From contig RDEW01000032.1 in assembly GCA_011109175.1 (NCBI GenBank), forward strand, positions 1 through 64,000: 64,000 nucleotides of DNA, in the 5' to 3' direction. This document shows positions 59,400-64,000 of the stretch, in pieces. This DNA comes from Dicyema japonicum. Its lineage: Eukaryota > Animalia > Dicyemida. Position numbers and translations under genes: made by a program. The notes below the pieces were generated by a model that had not been told where the DNA came from, did no database searches, and saw only the letters and a list, made by a program, of their open reading frames with translations. Numbering within the stretch: position 1 is the first letter of the stretch; every line of letters starts with the position of its first letter.

Positions 59400-61410
59400 T
59401 ATGCCAGAGAATTGCTCTTCTCTTCAAGGCTACTTGCATTCAAAAAACCAAACGGAGGAATCCGTTCCATTGCGGTCGGGAACTATTTTAGAAGACTTGC
59501 AGCAAAGGTAGCATCGACCCTGGTGAGCCGACAACTGTTCTTTCCTAAACAAAAAAAAGGAGTTTTTTCCTAAACAAATGGGTGTTAGTATCCAGAACGG
59601 ATGTGAGGTTCATGCAGCAAGGCGTTTCTTCACACAGAAAAATATTTCAAATGAATGCATTGGAATCAAGTTGGACATAACGAATGCATTCAATTTTCTC
59701 AGAAGAGATAAAATTATGGAAACGTGTTGGAATATGGCTCCAGAGCTTTTACTTTTTGTCAATTTATCCTATGAGAAGATACGTCTCTGGTTTTTAAAAA
59801 TGAAATTATTAAATCAAAAACGGGTGTCCAACAAGGAGATCCGCTCGGACCTCTCTTATATGCCCTGACCATTGATGATGGTGTGAGATCAATTGATGCT
59901 CAGCTAAATCTCTGATACTTCGATGATGCCACAATTGGAAGATCATTCAAGGAAACATACAATTCATTACGGTTACCCGCTTTAAAACATTTGGGCTTGG
60001 ACATCAATGTTAACAAATCAGAGCTAATAATTGTCTCTTATCCATACACCGACTTCCTCTCTATCAAGGAGTCTTTTAACGAACTGCTTTCTGGGATCCC
60101 GACTGTGCCAGTTGATGAATTATATTTTCTCGGATGCCCACTCAGCAAAGAAGAATTCAGGAATTATCTATTTCTCAAAAATGAAGAATTAATACGCCTT
60201 GCTAAAAGATTGTCATGTCTCGACTCTAACACATCTTTATTCCTAATGAGAAACAACATCGGACTACCCAAGATTTTATATCTACTCCGATGTTCACCCT
60301 GCTACGAACAACACGACACTCTACTTTCAATAGACAAGTCTCTCAAGCAAACTGTTGAGTCACTAATTAACGTCCGCTTCGACGAACTTGGTTAGAAAGA
60401 ATGTAAGCTTCCTCTCTGGATTTGGGGTGTCGGAATAAGATCGGCGCTGGAGGTTGCTTACCCGGCATACTATCGTCTCTCTCAAGCTGCAGCCATTTGA
60501 CACGGCAAGTCCTTCATAGCACTATTGGACTTCGCTGGAATGAGTCATTTGACGAAGCTTGTCGGAAATGGAACGGGTCCGGACTCAAAATCCCCGAAGA
60601 CACAACAAGCAAAGTAATTGGGATAACATTGTCTGCTCCAAAATTTTGGAAGACCTTAAAAAAGAAGCAAATCAACATCGTCTGGCTTGTTTGGTGTCAG
60701 CTTCAAGTAGAGGGAGTGGAGCATGGCTTGGTGCAATACCTTGCCCAAACCTCGGGACCTTTTTGGACGACGATTCTTCGAGGATTGGAATCGGACAAAG
60801 GCTGGGACTAGACGTTTGCCAGGAGCACCGCTGCCGATGCGGGAAAACAGTCGATGCGAAAGGATTGCACCCGCTGTCCTGCAGAAGAACCGCCGGAAGG
60901 GGACCACGTCATGCTCCTGAACGATGTGATCGTCAGAGCTTTGAAGGCAAAAGGCTTGCCAGCACAGCCTGAAACAGTGGGTCATGATCGAGGAGATCGG
61001 AAGAGATCTGACGGGATGACCCTTTTCCCCTTCACATCTGGAAGATCTTTGGTATGGGACCCAACTTGTGTAGACACGTTTTCAAGCAAGAATATTTTTA
61101 AATCGGTTCAGACACCTGGAGCAGCTGCTTCGACTGCGGAGAACCTAAAAATCAAGAAATATTTTGCCTCGGGGATCGCTACCGATTTTTTTCCTCCTGT
61201 GCGACCGAATCATCGGAAGCCGTTGATCCAAGTTCTTGCGAGAACTCGGAGGATTGCTTGACAGAAAGAAAAGGGATCAACGAGAAGGGTTATGGCTAAG
61301 ACAAAAGATTGGAATAGCCATACTCCGAGGGAATTCGTTTGCAATCCACGCAGCAGGCTTCCTCAACTGACATTTGTTTAATTGTTAAAAAAATTATTCT
61401 TTAAAAAAAA
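59400..61410 (+). mobile_element. CRE-like RLE LINE, RT to 3' end, decayed
   Basis: RSIAVGNYFRRLAAKV, QMGVSIQNGCE, LDITNAFN, GVQQGDPLGP, YFDDA, CRCGKTVDAKGLHPLSC..GRGPRH and KRSDGMTLFPFTSGRSLVWD. Same family as 32751-33469. Confidence 0.92.
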
Positions 61411-62169
61411 AGTTTATTTTGTTTGTTTGCTAACTTTGTTCATATATTAACATCTAAATATAATCATAAAAATATCTTCCAATACATGTAGTTACTTTTA
61501 GTTGATTTTTTAAGTTGTTTTAATTTCTTGATAGAGTTGATTTTTTTAATCTCAAAGCATTCACATTTTTTGTCATTATCTTTAGTTTCTAATGCTTTCC
61601 ATGTCAGTTATCAGATTCAGATAAAGAGTGGGTATTGTATCCACTTTTTAAATTTTTCACCTTAGGAAGAACTCAAACTTTATTTTCAGAAGAAGAGCAA
61701 TGTCAGTTAATTACATTGAAATTTGCTCTTTACTTTTTGTTCGTGAATGAGTTCCAGAAAACAATATAGCAAACTCTTAAGTGAATAGTCTATCAAATAA
61801 TCTACGAGAATAGTTTCGGAAACGAATCATTTAACTGTCGCAGGTATTCTGACTCGAGTTTAAATTGAATTATGTAACGACTCACTAACCCATTCTCTTA
61901 ATCGATCGAGAATTTTCGAAAAAATGATTCTTCTAGTGAATAAAAAAATAAAAGACAGACCGAGACAAGAGAAAGAGTGACCTCCATAGGGTTGTGTAGA
62001 ATGTAGAAACGACAAGAGAAAAGATGGCCTGTTATGTGTTATCTGAATATTACTATTAAATGTTTTCTTAAATATTTTAAAGTTAAATAATTTTAAACCA
62101 AGAAGTTTAAATTTATTAAAACCCAACTAAATAACCCGGATTATTATGTTAGTAAAGGCAAAGTTTTTA

Positions 62170-62711
62170 TCAATTTAATTTCGGGCATTTACCCAGATAG
62201 ACGCAGTATTGTACGGCAAAACTTAATAGTTCATATTTTTTGTAGCTCACATACGCCTCCTAATTTATTAAATTAATAAAAACTTTATGATTGAATATAT
62301 TAATTTTTGATTAATGCAAAATTTACAGTCATTAGCAATTCCGCGAAAGTTTTTACCACCATAATTGTTTCGATCATGGTGGTATTTCTTCTCATGATTT
62401 CTATAAGAGTGATTAAAATTACGATGTCCTCGTACTTGTTCATGTTCATCAGCATTTACGTTGAACTCATCATCACCATAATTGTTCCTATTATGGTTGT
62501 ATTTTTCTCATCATGATTTTTATAAGAGTGATGAGAATTATGATGTCCTCGATCTTGTTCGTGTTTATTATCATTTATATCCAACTCATATTTATCACTA
62601 TAAAGCCTTTTAGCGTTTGAAATCTGCGATAATAATATAATTCCTTTAATTAATATGCAAAAAAACCAATTAGACCAATCATTTCTGCCAACTAGGAATT
62701 ATTTTAAGCAT
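62170..62711 (-). CDS. His/Asn/Asp-rich secreted-type protein, copy 3
   Basis: Starts MLKIIPR with the same intron positions as copy 2 and ends YCVYLGKCPKLN*. One possible homopolymer indel near 62520. Confidence 0.62.
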
Positions 62712-64000
62712 TTTATTATAAATTTATAGTTAACCATTACTAAAAATAAAAAATATATTTAATATTTATATTTAAAGTTAGTCATTTTAATAGTAAATAA
62801 CTAATTTATCATTTTATTATTTATGTTGACAACAAACTCTGAATATGTCTGCATAAAAACGAGCTTTCTGAGTTCGTTACCATATGACCATTAACCAACA
62901 AGAAAAATCAACGTTTCCAGGTAAAAAATGTTTATTGCTAAATCAAATTGTCTAACCTTGATCACACTAACTGCATGTATATTCACAATCAGAATGGCCA
63001 GCGAGATTAGTTCAAATAACCAGCAGCGCTCAAGCGAATCTCCTGTTTATAGAGAAATCCGATTCCCTAGAAGATTAAAGAATTTTAGCCTCTCTAGGGC
63101 AATGTTTAAATAAAATTAGATATGGGAACAAATGTCAAAAATATCAATTACATAAATTATTTACAATAAACTAAGGAAATTATCATGACTAACTCTAATA
63201 TGCTTAAGAAACCTTGAAATTATTATCACTTCTTGCATAGATCTTTTGAATTCCAAATTAAATATTTTATAATACTTTGTAATAATCTCATATAGGTGAC
63301 CTAAATAAGAATTTCATCTATCAAATTCAAAAAAGTAAATTCCAGTATATGAATATAACTGAATCTTTGTAGACGATCTGATCAGACTTAAAGTATTCAC
63401 TTTTTACGCCGTTACTTGTAATCACTACAACCAATAATAATTATTTATGGCGAGTTGACAATAAAATAAAACCATTTAGGAGTTTTAATCAATATTGGTC
63501 GCTACACAAATATTTAAAAAAACTCAAAATGACTTTCTTGTATTAAATAGGGTAATTTTAACTTGGCCTAAAAATTCAAAAATATGACATAGATTTCACT
63601 AAAAAGGTTTCAGATACATAGACAACAGATGTGGAAAAGATGTATGTAATATATAAAAATTTCAACAAATTTCAATCAGAATGAATATATCTCGCTACAT
63701 CTAATGTCGACAAAAAAAATTTGATTTAACTATTGAAAAACTCTTAAGTTACTTTTTACAATAAATAATTGACGAGAATAGCATTCAGAATTTAAAAACA
63801 GATTATAGAAACAATCATACACCAGCTAAAAAATGGCAATATTTAGTCCTGAGAAACCTATGTCCATGATCAAGGTCTTTAAGCCGTGTCGAAATAGCAT
63901 TGAGTTTACGACTTTATAACGTAACCTCTTAACCAATCTGACACCAGCTGCCGAGAAACATTTGCCAATTAGTGCCATAATACAGATTGCTAAGTACAGG

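Overview
AT-rich eukaryotic, most likely metazoan, nuclear DNA; standard genetic code, all three stops used. Host genes are split by very short GT-AG introns, mostly 21-32 nt. Recognisable genes are VPS72/YL1, KIFAP3, MRPL37, CCDC12 and EIF2B5. There are also two RhoGAP-domain copies, two adhesion-type GPCRs with a GPS motif, and three copies of an unidentified His/Asn/Asp-rich, apparently secreted protein. Tiny introns plus a kinesin-2 subunit and adhesion GPCRs suggest a ciliated, genome-compacted animal such as a dicyemid mesozoan (inference only). Much of the window is mobile-element debris: APE-type LINEs (Jockey/CR1-like, RTE), RLE-type LINEs (CRE-like, R4-like), three SINE-like families, Tc1, pogo-like and hAT-like ends, and Ginger-like integrase remnants, often nested or segmentally duplicated. 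Conserved genes carry repeated 1-nt homopolymer indels, probably consensus errors, so pseudogene calls are uncertain. Highlights: the triplicated His-rich gene in a repeat-flanked cassette; intact 2A/StopGo motifs at the head of two LINEs; GPCR paralogues with a GPS lacking one disulfide pair and with divergent ectodomains; and a SINE-RTE shared 3' tail. All calls are by eye and no searches were run. Repeat boundaries are approximate.
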